64,000 nt of DNA from Eledone cirrhosa (Eukaryota): assembly GCA_964016885.1 (NCBI GenBank), contig OZ024741.1, forward strand, positions 99,386,001-99,450,000, given 5' to 3'. Made by a program: the position numbers and the translations under genes. Under the pieces are notes generated by a model. It ran no database searches, was not told the origin of the DNA, and saw only the letters and a program-made list of their open reading frames with translations. Positions within the stretch are counted from its first letter, which is position 1. Each line of letters starts with the position of its first letter. This document shows positions 12,695 to 27,054 of the stretch, piece by piece.

Positions 12695-13418
12695 ATAAAT
12701 AAAATTAGTCCTTCATCAGTGATCTTCCAATATTCATTTCATCGCTTTAAAAATCATATACCTCTGGTTGGTGCGAGCAATAACTAAATAAAGTTATTGG
12801 GACAAGTAAAATAGCGTGAAGCGAGCGAGACATGTAAACAAACAAAGATGGTATTGCAACGGAAAGATAGGAAGAGACAAGTACATGATATCTATAAGCT
12901 TAAGCTTGGTGAATTCATGGACGAGAGATACAGACCATCCGACATGGGTGAGATGTGAGCGAGAAAAGGATTTCACACAGGTCAAACGGGAGGAAGTGAG
13001 AGAGGGGGAGAAGCAGAGAGTGAGTGAGTGGAAGTGTGAGGAAGAGGCCAGCCGAGAGAGAGTGTGACTGGCAGAGGGGGTAAAAAGAAGGTGAGAGATA
13101 CAGAGAGCGGGGAAGCAGTAAGAAAGAAACAGACAATCGCAGCTGAGGAAAAAATATAAATATAAGAAAAATGGAGTGCTGTGTGGTTGCACATGGGTTA
13201 CATATGAATAAAATTAGTTCTTCATCAGTGATCTTCCTATCTTTCCGTTGCAATACCATCTTTGTTTGTTTACATGTCTCGCTCGCTTCACGCTATTTTA
13301 CTTGTCCCAATAACTTTATTTAGTTATTGCTCGCACCAACCAAAGGTATAAGATTTTTAAAGCGATGAAATACCAATGAAGGTTGGAAGATCACTGATGA
13401 AGAACTAATTTTATTTAT
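12695..13418. mobile_element. Foldback element in (TA)n; arms ~12695-12875 and ~13232-13415, with an internal direct copy of the terminus at 13208-13238
   Basis: ~180 bp inverted arms. The terminal block contains CTGATGA. The direct-plus-inverted arrangement is typical of Penelope pseudo-LTRs. Confidence 0.7.
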
Positions 13419-13456
<38 letters not shown>

Positions 13457-13671
13457 GGGGGGGTATCGGTGTCTGTATAAATATGTGTATAGGTATAAAT
13501 GTAGATGAGTACTATTGTGTTATAGGTATATCAATTTATCTAGATATATACGTATGTGTATATAAGTATATATATAGGTTTATGTTTATGCGTATAGAGA
13601 GTGTTTATGTAGCTTCCCAGTCAGAGAGTACTGGAGAGTTCCGTTTCTTCAGCTGGATATTCATCACAGTT

Positions 13672-13858
13672 ATAATTGTTTCTACTATTGGCACAAGGCC
13701 AGAAATTACCCAGTACATTACTGGTACTTTATTTTATCGACCCCGTATGGATGAAACGCAAAGTTAACCTCGGCGGGATTTGAACTCAGAATGGCAAGGG
13801 CCGTAACTATGCGTCAAAGCATGGCGTCCTCTACCGATACTGCCAATCCACCACCCTA
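13672..13858 (-). mobile_element. tRNA-derived SINE (main family)
   Basis: Reverse complement of 31370-31563. Confidence 0.85.
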
Positions 13859-14172
13859 TCACAGTTATAATGAAAGTACACGAACCAATAAGAGAGCGAC
13901 TTCGTGGTCACCTGACCTCTTAAAAATAACAACTTAATCTCCCAGGAAACACGCCGTACTGTCTCCATATAAAGGAGGTTATATTAGATATTGTAGTTCA
14001 AAGTCGAATAGTCTAGAAAAAAAAACTGACCGGGCTGGCATGACTGGAAAGTATTTTATCATAGATATGCATATTTAGGATTATACTTGTTCTATCAATG
14101 TGCATATTGTGTGTGTGTGTGTGTGTGTGCGTGCGTGTGTGTGTGTGTGTGTGGTGTGTGTGTGTGTGTGTG

Positions 14173-14281
<109 letters not shown>

Positions 14282-14339
14282 CAAGAAATATTCGTGGATA
14301 GGAAACATGGAAGAAAGAAAACAGTTCATTTATGTTCAT

Positions 14340-14723
14340 ACATAGAATAAGTAAAGCGCTATCTAAGGTTTCATGGTTCAGTTATGGCCATTTTCGCAGA
14401 CTGTGCACGATGCTGAAGAATTAACGGAATAGTGATCGGAACCGTGACATAGTCGTGAGGCACTTTGCTCTATGTATGAACATAAATAAATAATATAGAG
14501 GGTATCCCAAAATATTTATACACAACAAAATCTTTGAAAAATGCATTAAAATTAATTCTGTTTTATATGCATTGTTTAAATTGTGTAAACATTTTTGAGT
14601 GTTTATATACAATTGAATTATGTCTGTAAATCATTTTATTTTTTGAGTAAGGCGGTGCATTCTAATAAATATTGACTGTACAGGCAATCAAAGTGTGTAT
14701 ACATTTTGGGGGGACACCCTGTA
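14340..14723. mobile_element. Tc1/mariner-like end fragment
   Basis: Terminus ttttggggggacaccctg-ta matches the CAGGGTGTCCC type of TIR. Confidence 0.45.
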
Positions 14724-14999
14724 TAATAGAATTGCTGTGCAACATATACTGGTATTTGTTATAGACGTTGTAACATTATCTGACAGGAACAATAGTGGTC
14801 AATTCCTAGGTGAAACTTGCATTGAATGTAACTGTCATTTTCTGATATAAAATATATTACACATACACACACACGTGTGTGTGTGTGTGTGTGTGTACAA
14901 GGAAATTTTACCCGATTTTCTAAGCTTTTATATATATAGCAATCAATCCTAGTTAAAGTTATTTTCTATGTTTGAGATTTCTATATTTCGCAAGAATTT

Positions 15000-15435
15000 T
15001 AATCTATTCATTGCTGTAGTGGAGTCTGTGCTTCTGTACAGGTCTGAGACTTGGACACTGACCAAGAAACTCACTCAGATGGTGGATGGGTTACACGAGT
15101 ATGCTGAGGATGGCTCTGAACATTAATCAGTATACACTGAGGATGAAAAACTCAGAGATGTATGGGAGCCTCCCAAAAGTCAGCTCAAAAGTGACACAGA
15201 GGAGACTAAGGTTAGCTGGACATGCTCACCGACATCCAGAGTTGACATTGCACTCAGTGCTCCTGTGAGAGCCCCTACATGGACACACTGGAAGTGGAAG
15301 ACCAAGGTTAACGTATGTTGATGCCCTAAGGACAGACAATGGTCTGTTGGAGACGCGGGACATCGCAACGATGATGAGGAACAGGGACCGCTGGAGAGAA
15401 CTCGTCCATGGATCTCGGGAATTTTACCCGCCCTA
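15000..15435 (+). mobile_element. RTE/RTEX-like LINE 3' fragment (decayed)
   Basis: VESVLLY.SETWTLTK, RRLRLAGHAHRH, GRPRLTYVD and DRWRELV motifs. Ends at (TA)n. Confidence 0.8.
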
Positions 15436-15520
<85 letters not shown>

Positions 15521-15529
15521 CATATCTAT

Positions 15530-15730
15530 ATATTGTTATACTTGGGGAGGCCCATATTGTTGTAATAATATTGGCAGAAATAATAACAGAACACACTCAC
15601 TGTGAGTGTGTTCTGTTATTATTTCTGGCAATATTATTACAACAATATGACCCTCCCCAAGTATAACAATATTTGTTTCGACACACAATTTCATATCAAA
15701 AACCTCGCGAAACTAATTCATCGCCGTCAT
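15530..15730. mobile_element. Foldback mini-element: ~70 bp hairpin arms centred at 15601, plus tail
   Basis: Near-perfect palindrome 15530-15672. Terminal motif ttgttatactt.gggaggg is shared with 26331, 26730 and 33031. Confidence 0.7.
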
Positions 15731-15799
15731 ATCTATATATATATATAAGCATATATATATATATATACATATATATTTACATATATATATACATATATT

Positions 15800-15838
<39 letters not shown>

Positions 15839-16246
15839 AGAGAGAGAGAGGGTGGGAGGAGAGAAAGAAAGGGAGAGAGACAGAAAGAGAATGAGAAACA
15901 ATATCAATAATAATTCTAGTGAAAAAGGAATAATAATCCTAGTGAAAAAACCCTGATGTGTATTTCATGCTTGATGAAGTATGGCCCGTACCTCTGTATA
16001 TTGCAAGATGCATTATACAAGCGTGTTGTGTAGACATAAATAGGTAAATCTGGATCAACTCCGGAATGTTAAAGTAGAGAATATATTTTCTTGCATGCCT
16101 ACAGTTCATGATGACCTCCGAAATATATGTGTGTGTGCGTGTGCGTGTGCGTGCGTGCGTGTGTGTGGGTGTGGGTGTGTGGGTGTGTGGGTGTGGGTGT
16201 AGGTATGTGTATGTGTGCGCGCCCGCGTATGTGTGTGCGTGCGTGC

Positions 16247-16311
<65 letters not shown>

Positions 16312-16839
16312 TGTGTGTGTGTGTGTGTGTGTGTGCGTGCGCGCGCGCGCGCGTGCGTGTGTGCGTGTGTGTGTGTGTGTGTATATATATATACATATAT
16401 TTACTCTTTTACTCTTTTACCTGTTCCAACCATCCGGCTGAGACCATGCTGGAGCAGCGCCCTTGAATATATATACATGTATATACACATACACACATTC
16501 AAATGTTACTGTTTAACAAGGAGATTACGTATCCTACATCATGTTATGTAGAATATATTTCTTATTCAAATTGAATACGTTTTTTTTCTTTTCGTGATTC
16601 CAGTTCACTTTACTTTTATCACTGAGCGGCGTTATTCCTTTGTGCATGAGTATTATTTTCATTGTCCGCTTCCTAGACCTAAATGTATAGTTAAGTAGTA
16701 AAGATGTATGTATGTGTGAATATATATTTTTATTATTATTTGAATTCTTCTTATAAGGAAGGAGCTGCTTTTCTAACAAACGAAGCTGCATCGATGGAAT
16801 TTGGGCAACAAAACGGTGATTGTCACACGTTGAACTTTA

Positions 16840-17372
16840 GAATTTTCTTGCCTACTTTTACTATTCCGCCTTGCAGATTATATTTGAGAGGTGTGCGTTA
16901 TCTGGTCAATTTATTTGCTTGAAAGCCTTAATATTTTCCAAACAGTCACTTGTACATTTACTAAATTTGACAAAGGTTATTGGCATAGTGAGGAAATTAT
17001 AATCTGGATACAGAATTTGAAGGTTTCGTAGCAGCTGTTTGCAATTATTCTCGTTGTCACTAATTTTGGAAGAAAACCTGTATGACAGCACATAATCTTT
17101 TTCTCTTCTGTCACAAATAATTATATCAGGTCTGTTATGCTTGTACTTGTCAGAAGTTTTGATGGAAATATTCCACTAATATTTTTTATGTTGATATATA
17201 TATTAAATAACAGAGCTATTCTCGATATCTATCTCAGTACAACCGTACGTAGTATTGTATATTGTTTTAGCAGCATCATGCCACACGGGAAGGTAGTATG
17301 TTGATGACAAATTAAGGTAGCAGCTGATGACATATGTGATATCTTCCACAGAAATGTGACATAATCGACATT
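16840..17372 (-). mobile_element. R4/Dong-like non-LTR retrotransposon fragment (decayed)
   Basis: YLPVWHD, HNRPDIII.D and QLLRNLQILYPDY, homologous to 11371-11710. Confidence 0.65.
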
Positions 17373-17453
17373 TTTACATGTATGTGTGTGTGTGCGTGTA
17401 TGTATGTGTGTATACATGCATGTACGAAGGTTGGTAGGCAGGCAGTCGAGCAA

Positions 17454-17521
<68 letters not shown>

Positions 17522-17649
17522 GGAGGCAGGGAGGGAGTTATATAAGTAAGGTGGAGGTGGGAGGGGAGCGATGGAGGGAGTTATGTAGAGTTGAAAAGGT
17601 GGAAATTTGAAATATTTTATTTAATTGCATAATACATTTATATCACTTT

Positions 17650-18010
17650 TAGGCAATGCCTGTGCTTTGAAGGTTTTTTTTTAAGTGGGGAAAGGCCTTG
17701 CATTCCCACTCTCTGAGCATCGAAAACAACACCCGAAAAGGAGAACTGGTCAACATCATCGGATGCTTCCGAAGCCGCAGGTTTTTTTCAGAGTTTCCCT
17801 CTCTTAGAAAAGTGTTGTGACAACAACTGGGGGCCTTTCACTCCCAGGTGAAAAAAAAAGTACTATTTGGATGGCCGTTGGCTCTGCTGAATTCTTCCGC
17901 TCTTTGCCGGTTCTTGTATTTCATCCCGCAGGGTGTCCAAATATCACCCTCCTCCGACCATGAGACAGGTTATACTGGGTTACATGTTACTAGTAGCACT
18001 CGAGGGCGAC
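17650..18010 (-). mobile_element. Homolog of the RTE-5'-like repeat at 8985-9330
   Basis: Colinear shared blocks. Confidence 0.55.
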
Positions 18011-18011
18011 C

Positions 18012-18084
<73 letters not shown>

Positions 18085-18088
<4 letters not shown>

Positions 18089-18258
18089 AAATGTTCAAAA
18101 CCCCGACGGCAGACCTCAAGCCGTTTCGACGGCTATTTCTGGACGTCCAGAAATAGCCGTCGAAACGGCTTGAGCCCTGCCGTCAGGGTCTTGAACATTT
18201 TCCTGTTACCCACTCTACTACCCTAAATATTGAGTACTCTGGTGCGTTATGGTTCACA
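18085..18258. mobile_element. Foldback mini-element (palindrome ~18087-18201 plus tail); same family as 45480-45637
   Basis: gacggcag..ctcaagccgt arms and the shared tail ccctaa.tattgagtactctggtgcgttatggt. Set in (TA)n. Confidence 0.75.
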
Positions 18259-18275
18259 CACATATATATACATAT

Positions 18276-18392
<117 letters not shown>

Positions 18393-18899
18393 TGTGTGTG
18401 TGTGTGTGTGAGAATGAAAATAGTAAACGGAAATGACAAAGTAGACAATCAAGAAATATATTAGTCTAATGGTTTAACGCTTGATATAATAGGGAAAGAG
18501 TTTCGGACACTAGTTCTTCATTAAAAGATAGAATGAGAAATAAAAGATGAAATAGATAGAGAGAGAGAGTAAGAAAAGGAAGGAACGGGGAAAACATTTT
18601 GAGAAAAAGCATGCATGTATTCAATGAGCCATTATATATGCCAATAGCATGGTCAGTTAGACGAACGGAAGAGTAATGTGGAATGAATAATTTAGTAAGG
18701 AAAAGAAATGAGTAAGAAGTATGAGTAAGAAGACGTGTGGGAAAAAAAATAAAAGAGGAGTGGTGAGAGTAGCAAGAAGCGTGTCAGTTGAAATGGGAGG
18801 GGGGTGAAGTGAAGTGGGAGGCTGATTGAAATGATTGATTCTAATAGAGGCACGAGACCAGGAAATATTTCTTGCAACCTTTTGACTGATTGTAATATG

Positions 18900-19110
18900 A
18901 TTTCTAGTATATGCACAAGGCGAGTAATTTGGGGGAGGGGAAAGTCGATTAAATCTACTCCAGTACGTTACTGGTGCTTTATTTTATCGACCCCGTAAGG
19001 ATGAAAAGCAAAGCTAATCTCGGCGGGATTTGAACTCTGTAAAGGACAGTAACTATATGCCGCAAATCAGGGTGTCCGACTCTCTACCGATACTGCCAAT
19101 CCACTGCCCT
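18900..19110 (-). mobile_element. tRNA-derived SINE (main family)
   Basis: Reverse complement of 31140-31360. Confidence 0.85.
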
Positions 19111-19191
19111 GACTGATTGTAATATGGAGCCAGAAACAACCACATGTTTACAATAGAATGGATGAAAAGGGGGAAAAGATAGATAGATAGA

Positions 19192-19765
19192 TATATTTCT
19201 TTATTTGCCACAAGGGCGCACAAGAAAAGGGGACAATACAAAGACATATGGCGGGGATTTTACATACAGTCGTGTAAAAATAGTTTTAACATGAAAATAT
19301 AACAATCGAAATCCCCAATAGGGGGGAGACGTTACAAATGGGTTGTTTTATACCCCGTAGATAGAACAACCCTCAACTCCAGGAGCATGTGCAAGTGCTC
19401 CTTTCTTCTTTTCGCTCTCTTCTTCAACCTACAGGCTTATATACAAAGAAGGCCCAATCACTCGAGCCATTCTCGGCACATTCACCCACCTTTCAGTAAA
19501 TTTACTGGGGTGCAGTAACTCTCTCTCCACTCTGATCCTCCTTCTAAAGTGGGACCTAAAGAAGGTAATGAGTTGTTGTCCGGAGAGAAAGGCATCTGTC
19601 CTTAGTCCTCTCAACCTTGTCCACCATATAACCTCTTCCACCATAGCTACACTACAGAGGAAAACCGCCTCTCTTTTGTTTTAAATGAAGGTGGCGGTTT
19701 GATCCTTACTATGGACTCGGCTGTCAACTGGATTTGTCCCACACGCGACAGCAGTTGTTCTGCGT
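19192..19765 (-). mobile_element. Tx1-clade LINE copy E (3' fragment)
   Basis: Similar to copy C. (GATA)n on both sides. Confidence 0.88.
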
Positions 19766-19781
19766 AGATAGATAGATAGAT

Positions 19782-20091
19782 ATGTTTCTTTTATTTGCCA
19801 CCAGGGCATCAAAAGTGGGACAAGTACAAGGGGGAGTTTACACAAAAAGGCGTCCTCAATAAGGAGGAGGCAATAACAATATATAAAAATAATATATAAC
19901 AAAAAATAAAATTTATAACAAAATCCTCAATAGAGAAGAGGCGCCTTGGGGGGTCGCACACACCCCCGAAAAAAGTGTGCAACCCTTTTCCTCAGGAGCA
20001 CAGAGAGGGGGTGCTCCCTCGTTCCTTCCTCTTTTCCACCTACAGGCTTATGTAAAGAGAAGGCCCATTCACACGGGCCATTCTCGCCACT
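19782..20091 (-). mobile_element. Tx1-clade LINE copy F (3' fragment, third subfamily)
   Basis: Diverged but homologous terminus (tttcttttatttgccaccagggc) and cctacaggctta. (GATA)n on both sides. Confidence 0.8.
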
Positions 20092-20358
20092 AGATAGATA
20101 GATAGTGAGTGAGTGAGTGAATGAATGAGTGACTGGACGAACGAGCGAATAAGTGGGTAAGGAATAAGTTTTTCAAGTTAGAAATTGGGAGAAAGTTAGA
20201 GTCCACTCTGCTGCAAGCATTCGGGCCAGTTCTCCACTTTCAGAATGCAGTCCTTCATCCTCCTCACTCATACTACTTCTGGAGCCCTGGAATGGATATT
20301 GCTCCTTCCTCCCAAACTAAACAGTAAATAAAAGACAGAGAATGGGAGAAGGGAAGAA

Positions 20359-20411
<53 letters not shown>

Positions 20412-21849
20412 TATATAGACAGACAGACAGACAAACAGACCGACAGACGGGCAGACAGAAAAATAGATAGATAGATAGATAGATAGATAGAGAGATAGAT
20501 AGATAGATAGATAGATAGAAAACTCTAAAGACAAATTATGATAAAAAGAAAATTAGAAAGAAAAGCATGAAATTCGTAAAGAAGCAAGCAAATGAACGAA
20601 TCCAACATGAAAACAGTTATTGGTACTAAAATATCTGTCAGATAGTAAGGAGTTGTGAAGAATTAGACAGATGGTTCGGCAGCAGAGTGAAAAACACGTA
20701 GATCTTTATCTGTTGCTGTCAGAAGGTGGGATTAACCAAGGACGAGTGCTTGTGTGCACTGTATGTGAGCATGTGTGTGTCTCTGTGTGTGTGAGCATGT
20801 GTGTGTGTATGTGAGCGTGCGTGTGTCTGTGTGTGCATGTGAGCATGTGTGTGTCTGTGTGTGTGTGGGAGTGTGTCTGTCGGTGTAGGAGGACGATAAC
20901 TTATATGTTCTTGATAAAGTCTTTAATAGTAGCTGTGTTTGTTTAAGGATTTCTTTTCCCCGTCCCGTTCCACCATATATAAGAACAGATGGCGTAAGTT
21001 ATTCATAGATTTTTCTAATAAAGGATTCATCTTATGAACTTCAGTTCACTTACTTGCTTTTCTTAATTACAATTTAAAGAAAAATAAAGCTTTTCCGATG
21101 TTTTCTTTATCTATTTTTTTTTTGCATGTTTTTTTTTCTTTATTACTTGCACTTTTAGGCTGAAGCGGAGACCTTCCCCAATATAACACACCCTTAGATA
21201 TATTGCTGTTATTGTAGTTACTGTTTTTACAGTTGCTTGAGTCAGTCCTTTTTAATGGCTTACTCAGAGGAAGAGAAGTGCCCATGACCTTCTTTCAGAG
21301 CTCTCGTAACTGGTATCAGGAAAGGAAATCAATGTTGCAACATTAGTTTCACCCATAATTTCTTCACTGCCAGACGAAGAGCCAAAGTAACGAAATGTTA
21401 TATCTCCAATCTTCTCGACAAATAAACTTTACCTATATTCCGAAATTTTATTGACTGTCTTTCGTCGACGCAGATCACCAGTTTCCTCGGATAATAGATT
21501 TTAACCTATTTCAATATTATATGAAATTATTATCACATGACCAAAATTGTGGTGGCTTAACGAAATAATAAAAATTGAGGTGGTTATGGAACAACACCAA
21601 ACATAGCATAACAGATAACTTTCAGTTCAATATGTCGCTAAAATTATGTAATTCTAGTATTTGCATTTAGCCTTTCGACTGATGAAGGCTTGTTTTTCCC
21701 GAAACACATTGCCCAACAATCTAAAAGACATATGAAATGTGTATAAAACTCGCATCCCATCTTTTTTAACAGGTTATATTGCAAAAGTTGTTAATATATT
21801 GTTAAATCTTGATATTACCGTGTTCCTCACTAAATGCGATTCCATGATT

Positions 21850-21962
21850 ATTGTTTTTACTTTTGTCACAAGGCCAGCAATTGCCTCAGTGGATTACTGG
21901 TACTTTATTTTATCGACCCCGTAAGGATGAAAGGCAAAGTTTATCTCGGCGGGATTTGAACT
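21850..21962 (-). mobile_element. Partial SINE (main family)
   Basis: actggtactttattttatcgaccccgtaaggatgaaaggcaaag core. Confidence 0.8.
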
Positions 21963-22540
21963 AGGGTTGTATAATAGTCGCAGATTATAACACCAAAAAT
22001 TGTAGAGAGAAATGACAGTTTATTAAATGTATATTTACGTAACACGCGTTTCGCTTACAGTACGGCTTAATACCCGTTGGTAATTACATAATTTATATAA
22101 TAATTCATATGAATAAGGATTAACACTGATAAGCGATATAATAGGGTTTATTTCAAGCATTAACATGTTTTATCACCAGATTAGCAATTGATTCTTGTCT
22201 TGAAACCACTATCATCAATTGAGAATTGTGAAATTCGATTTTAAATATATAAAATATATGGTGAATTTTCAAAATACTAAGTAAACATCTTGTTGAGTCA
22301 ACTACTATCGTACGCTGAAATATTCCTCGGTACAGATTAATCGTAACATGAACTAAGATAACCCAAAACGATACCGCGTTCACCTTTATATATATATATA
22401 TATATATATAGGGTGAAACATTTGTTCTCGTTATGGTGAACTAACTGTTGTGGAACTACTTCTACCAAACTCGTCCCATGGACTGAGTATTCTACTATTA
22501 CGGATATAACCCTCCAGTGTTCTACTATTATATATATATG

Positions 22541-23157
<617 letters not shown>

Positions 23158-23159
23158 AA

Positions 23160-23363
23160 GAATATTTTTGAAACAGCGAGTGGGTTTGAAATTATTAGAA
23201 ATGTAAGCTATCGCCGTATTTTGACTAAAGATGAGTATTGACGTACATGTACGTCAATACTCATCTTTTTTCCATTTCTCCGAGGGTTCTAAACCCCACT
23301 ATCAGGCTAAATAATTTCTTTAATTTCTTTAGTCAAAATACGGCGATAGCTTACATTTCTAAT
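23160..23363. mobile_element. Foldback mini-element: arms 23193-23231 and 23326-23363, with nested perfect palindrome 23227-23268
   Basis: Direct reading. Lies between microsatellites. Confidence 0.65.
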
Positions 23364-24007
23364 ATATATATATATATATATAGCTTTCACTGCTATCATA
23401 ACTATTAATACCACTACCATTACCATCACTATCACAACTACTATAACAACCATCTTTACAACCACTACTGTTTATCACTGCCATTACCACCACTGTTATT
23501 GTCTACCATCGCTAAGCACATTATCATCACCCCTACCACCACCATTGCCATAAACATCACCAATATCACCCCTATGACCAGAGCAACCGCTACCACAACT
23601 GCCTGCTACTACCATACCTTCTTCTTCTTCGTTCACTCATTCCTTGGAGGGTCGTGGAGGCAGAGTCCTCAGGTACGCATTTGAATTTGTTCAAGGGTCT
23701 GCTCTGTCAAATCTAATCTTGGGCTATAAACAACAACAACAACAGCCGTCAATAATGCCACTACAACCTTCTATCCACATATGCATACAACCACTACTAT
23801 TACCAACAGAACAGAATCAATAATGGTATATGTGGAGCTACAATTACCACAGCAATTGTATTAATACTGGCGCATCACCAAACTAATTAAAATAATTTAG
23901 TCAGTTTTCTTCAACTAATTTACACAGTCTCTCTCTTAATAAAGTTATTCAGTCTCCCAGGGAATTTATATATCACTATTTATTCATTTCTGTCGTTTCA
24001 TATTAAT

Positions 24008-24227
24008 GGTTTCTTATATAGACACAAGGCCAGCAATTTTTGGGTGGAGGGGAAAGTCGATTAAATCGACCCCAGTGCGTGACTGGTACTTTATTTTATC
24101 GACTCCGTAAGGATGAAAGACAAAGTTAACCCCGGCGGGATGTGAACTCAGACCATAAAGGGCGGTAACTCTATGCTGCAAAGCATGGCATCAGACCCTC
24201 TACCGATACTGCCAATCCACCGCCCTA
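24008..24227 (-). mobile_element. tRNA-derived SINE (main family), full length
   Basis: A-box-like tggcagtatcggtag and B-box-like gagttcacatccc on the minus strand, plus core and tail. Confidence 0.88.
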
Positions 24228-24476
24228 AACGGTAGGAGTATACGTTGTTGTTTAGTCTATTGACTAAATCTATGATCAGAAGCATTGCAGCTGTGACCTT
24301 CATGGGGGGGGGGGGTATGTTTTCTTGTGCAAGGAACCAATGTGTCCTTTTTAAAGACAGTAAGGATAGTTTCAGAAAGATTTTATTGCTATTTCCAGCA
24401 GGTCGGTCGACCACGTAGAGGCTACTGTGTTAGCCTGTAGAAGAGCAGCAGTGATGGTGTAGTGGTGGGTTTAGAT

Positions 24477-24802
24477 CAGAGGTTCTCAAACCTTTTGGGC
24501 CTCCCTCCTCACGGCCACGTAATACCCTCAGTGCCCCCCACCACTATTTCCAGAGAGACCTGCCTACACACAAATTGTAAATAATATATAATAAATAAAA
24601 TCGTTAATTTATATATAATAAATAATACAATATATACTATGTATAAATAGATATTATGCATTTTTTTAGTTTACTATATTTATATATGTATCATTTGATA
24701 TTTAATATTCTTTTATATCATCTCTACCGCTCCACGCACCCCCTGGACCGTCTTAAAGCCCCCTGGCGGGTGGGGGGTTATCTCCCATTTTGAGAACCTC
24801 TG
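24477..24802. mobile_element. hAT (Charlie-like) MITE
   Basis: TIRs cagaggttctcaaa / tttgagaacctctg with an exact 8 bp TSD gtttagat at 24469-24476 and 24803-24810. Confidence 0.92.
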
Positions 24803-25109
24803 GTTTAGATAGGGGAGGAACGTAGTTTCCTTGTTTAAAGAAGCTGGGACTAGTGCAAATGTGGTAGAAGAGGTTAGGTGAGAAACCATTGCAGCTTAGA
24901 GTCAGTGGTTGTAGCGTGTTGGTGAGTGATTTGTTGACAATCGTTCAGATGGCCTTTTATTCGATGAGATCTACGATGTTATGTGTATAGCAAGAATATT
25001 GTACCATTGTGTGTATGGGTTTATGTATGTAGATAAATATGTAGGTGTGTGTATATAGATATATTTGTATTTCAGCTGATATTGACCTTATTTGTAAGTG
25101 TAATGTTTG

Positions 25110-25143
<34 letters not shown>

Positions 25144-25177
25144 TGCATGTATGCATGTATGTATGTATGTATGTATG

Positions 25178-25209
<32 letters not shown>

Positions 25210-25527
25210 CATGTATGCATGTATGTATGTATGTATGTATGTATGTATGTATGCATGCATGCATGTATGTATGCATGTATGTATGCATTATGTATGCATG
25301 TATGTATACATGCATGTTTCTATGTATACATGTATGTATTTATGTATGCATGTATGTGTATAATCACAAAAAATACATTTGCGTGTTTGCAGTTACATAA
25401 ATGCTTCTGTATGTTTAATCACATAAACAGATGTATGTATACGTACATGTGCACACGCGTGTGTGTATGTGCATGCATACGGTTTTGAAAAAGGAAAAGA
25501 AGCAGTGACTGTGTGTGTGTGTGTGTG

Positions 25528-25581
<54 letters not shown>

Positions 25582-26272
25582 CGTGCATACATGTGTGTGT
25601 GTGTGTGTGCGTGCATGCATGTGTGTGTGTGTGTGTGTGTGCGTGCGTGCATACATGTGTGTGTGTGTGTGTGCGTGCATGCATGTGTGTGTGTGTGTCA
25701 GATAGGGGGGGGGGGGTTAGAGAGATGTAGAAACGTCGTGAGAGATGCAGGGAGGATATAATAAACATTTCACGAGTGACAGTTCCATTTGAAATGTCTA
25801 AATAAGATACGTATTTATTGAGAGCCATTCAACGGTGGCTTTGCTATCAGGAAGTACGCTCACGACATCTACTGGTGACACGTGTCATAGAGTCAAGCAT
25901 ATTGTCAAACATCTCACGACACCCGAGATGCTATAAACTGTAGTAAAATGTTTCCCCTTAAAGCACTCCGTGCTGTCTTATGTAGAGACAAGACACCTTA
26001 GATACTGTAGTCCCACATACCTTAAAAAAAGATAATGATCATGCGTGAAATGCCTTAGATCATATTTCTGCACAACCAGGACTCTCCTGGGGCTACACAA
26101 AAACAACGACACGAAATAAAACTGCCTCTCTAGTTTGGTAATCCATGTAACTTGAAACCATATAGATGAAAACAAGTGACCTTGTGTCAACTAGGTAACC
26201 CCAGGAACTTATTTTGTTCTTGTTTCTTTTTCTCGTCAATTTTTGTATATATATATATATATATATATATAT

Positions 26273-26730
26273 TTCGTTTCTGAATTTGTTTAGCAAGACT
26301 CTTTATCTGAAAACGTGTGTTGAAACCGATATTGTTATACTTTGGGAGGGTCATGTTGCCAATAAGAAACTCACGCACCAGTTGCTTTCACTTCAATGTA
26401 TTATAATAAATTTATAAATTTAGGAATTTATAAATTTCCGGTTGGTTGGTTGGTTCCACAACCAGATGGTTGTTTATATATTGTCAAAGTTCTTTCGTCA
26501 CACATTCTGTGACCTCTTCAGTGACTGGGGATTCTTTTCTTTGTTTTTGTGCCTCTCCTTTGTGCTGTCCTACGCCATCTCGTTTCTGTGTGTGTCACAC
26601 AGCCAACCGACCAACCAACCAACCGGAAATTTATAAATTCCTAAATTTATAAATTTATTATAATAAATTGAAGTGAAAGCAACTGGTGCGTGTGTTTCTT
26701 ATTGGCAACATGACCCTCCCAAAGTATAAC
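26273..26730. mobile_element. Foldback Penelope-derived element in (TA)n; arms ~26333-26454 and ~26608-26730
   Basis: ~120 bp inverted arms, a one-sided tail and an internal hammerhead-like motif. Confidence 0.78.
26483..26525 (-). ncRNA. Minimal hammerhead ribozyme-like motif; decayed homolog at ~2123-2166 (plus)
   Basis: gtca-CUGAAGA-g-gtcaca(gaatg)tgtgac-GAAA-gaac-UU-tgac. Confidence 0.55.
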
Positions 26731-26742
26731 TATATATATATA

Positions 26743-26879
<137 letters not shown>

Positions 26880-26918
26880 TTATATATATATTTATAGATA
26901 GATATATATTTATATATA

Positions 26919-26994
<76 letters not shown>

Positions 26995-27054
26995 GTTACC
27001 CCACGGTTAAGGGCAGTATGCACGCAAGTACAACATTGTGATAGTGTTCCTGTG

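Noticed and set aside
21675-21715. CTGATGA..GAAAC hammerhead-like string (similar weak ones at 13393, 26307 and 47152)
   Set aside because: Stems I-III do not pair convincingly or the core is incomplete. At best these are decayed relics.
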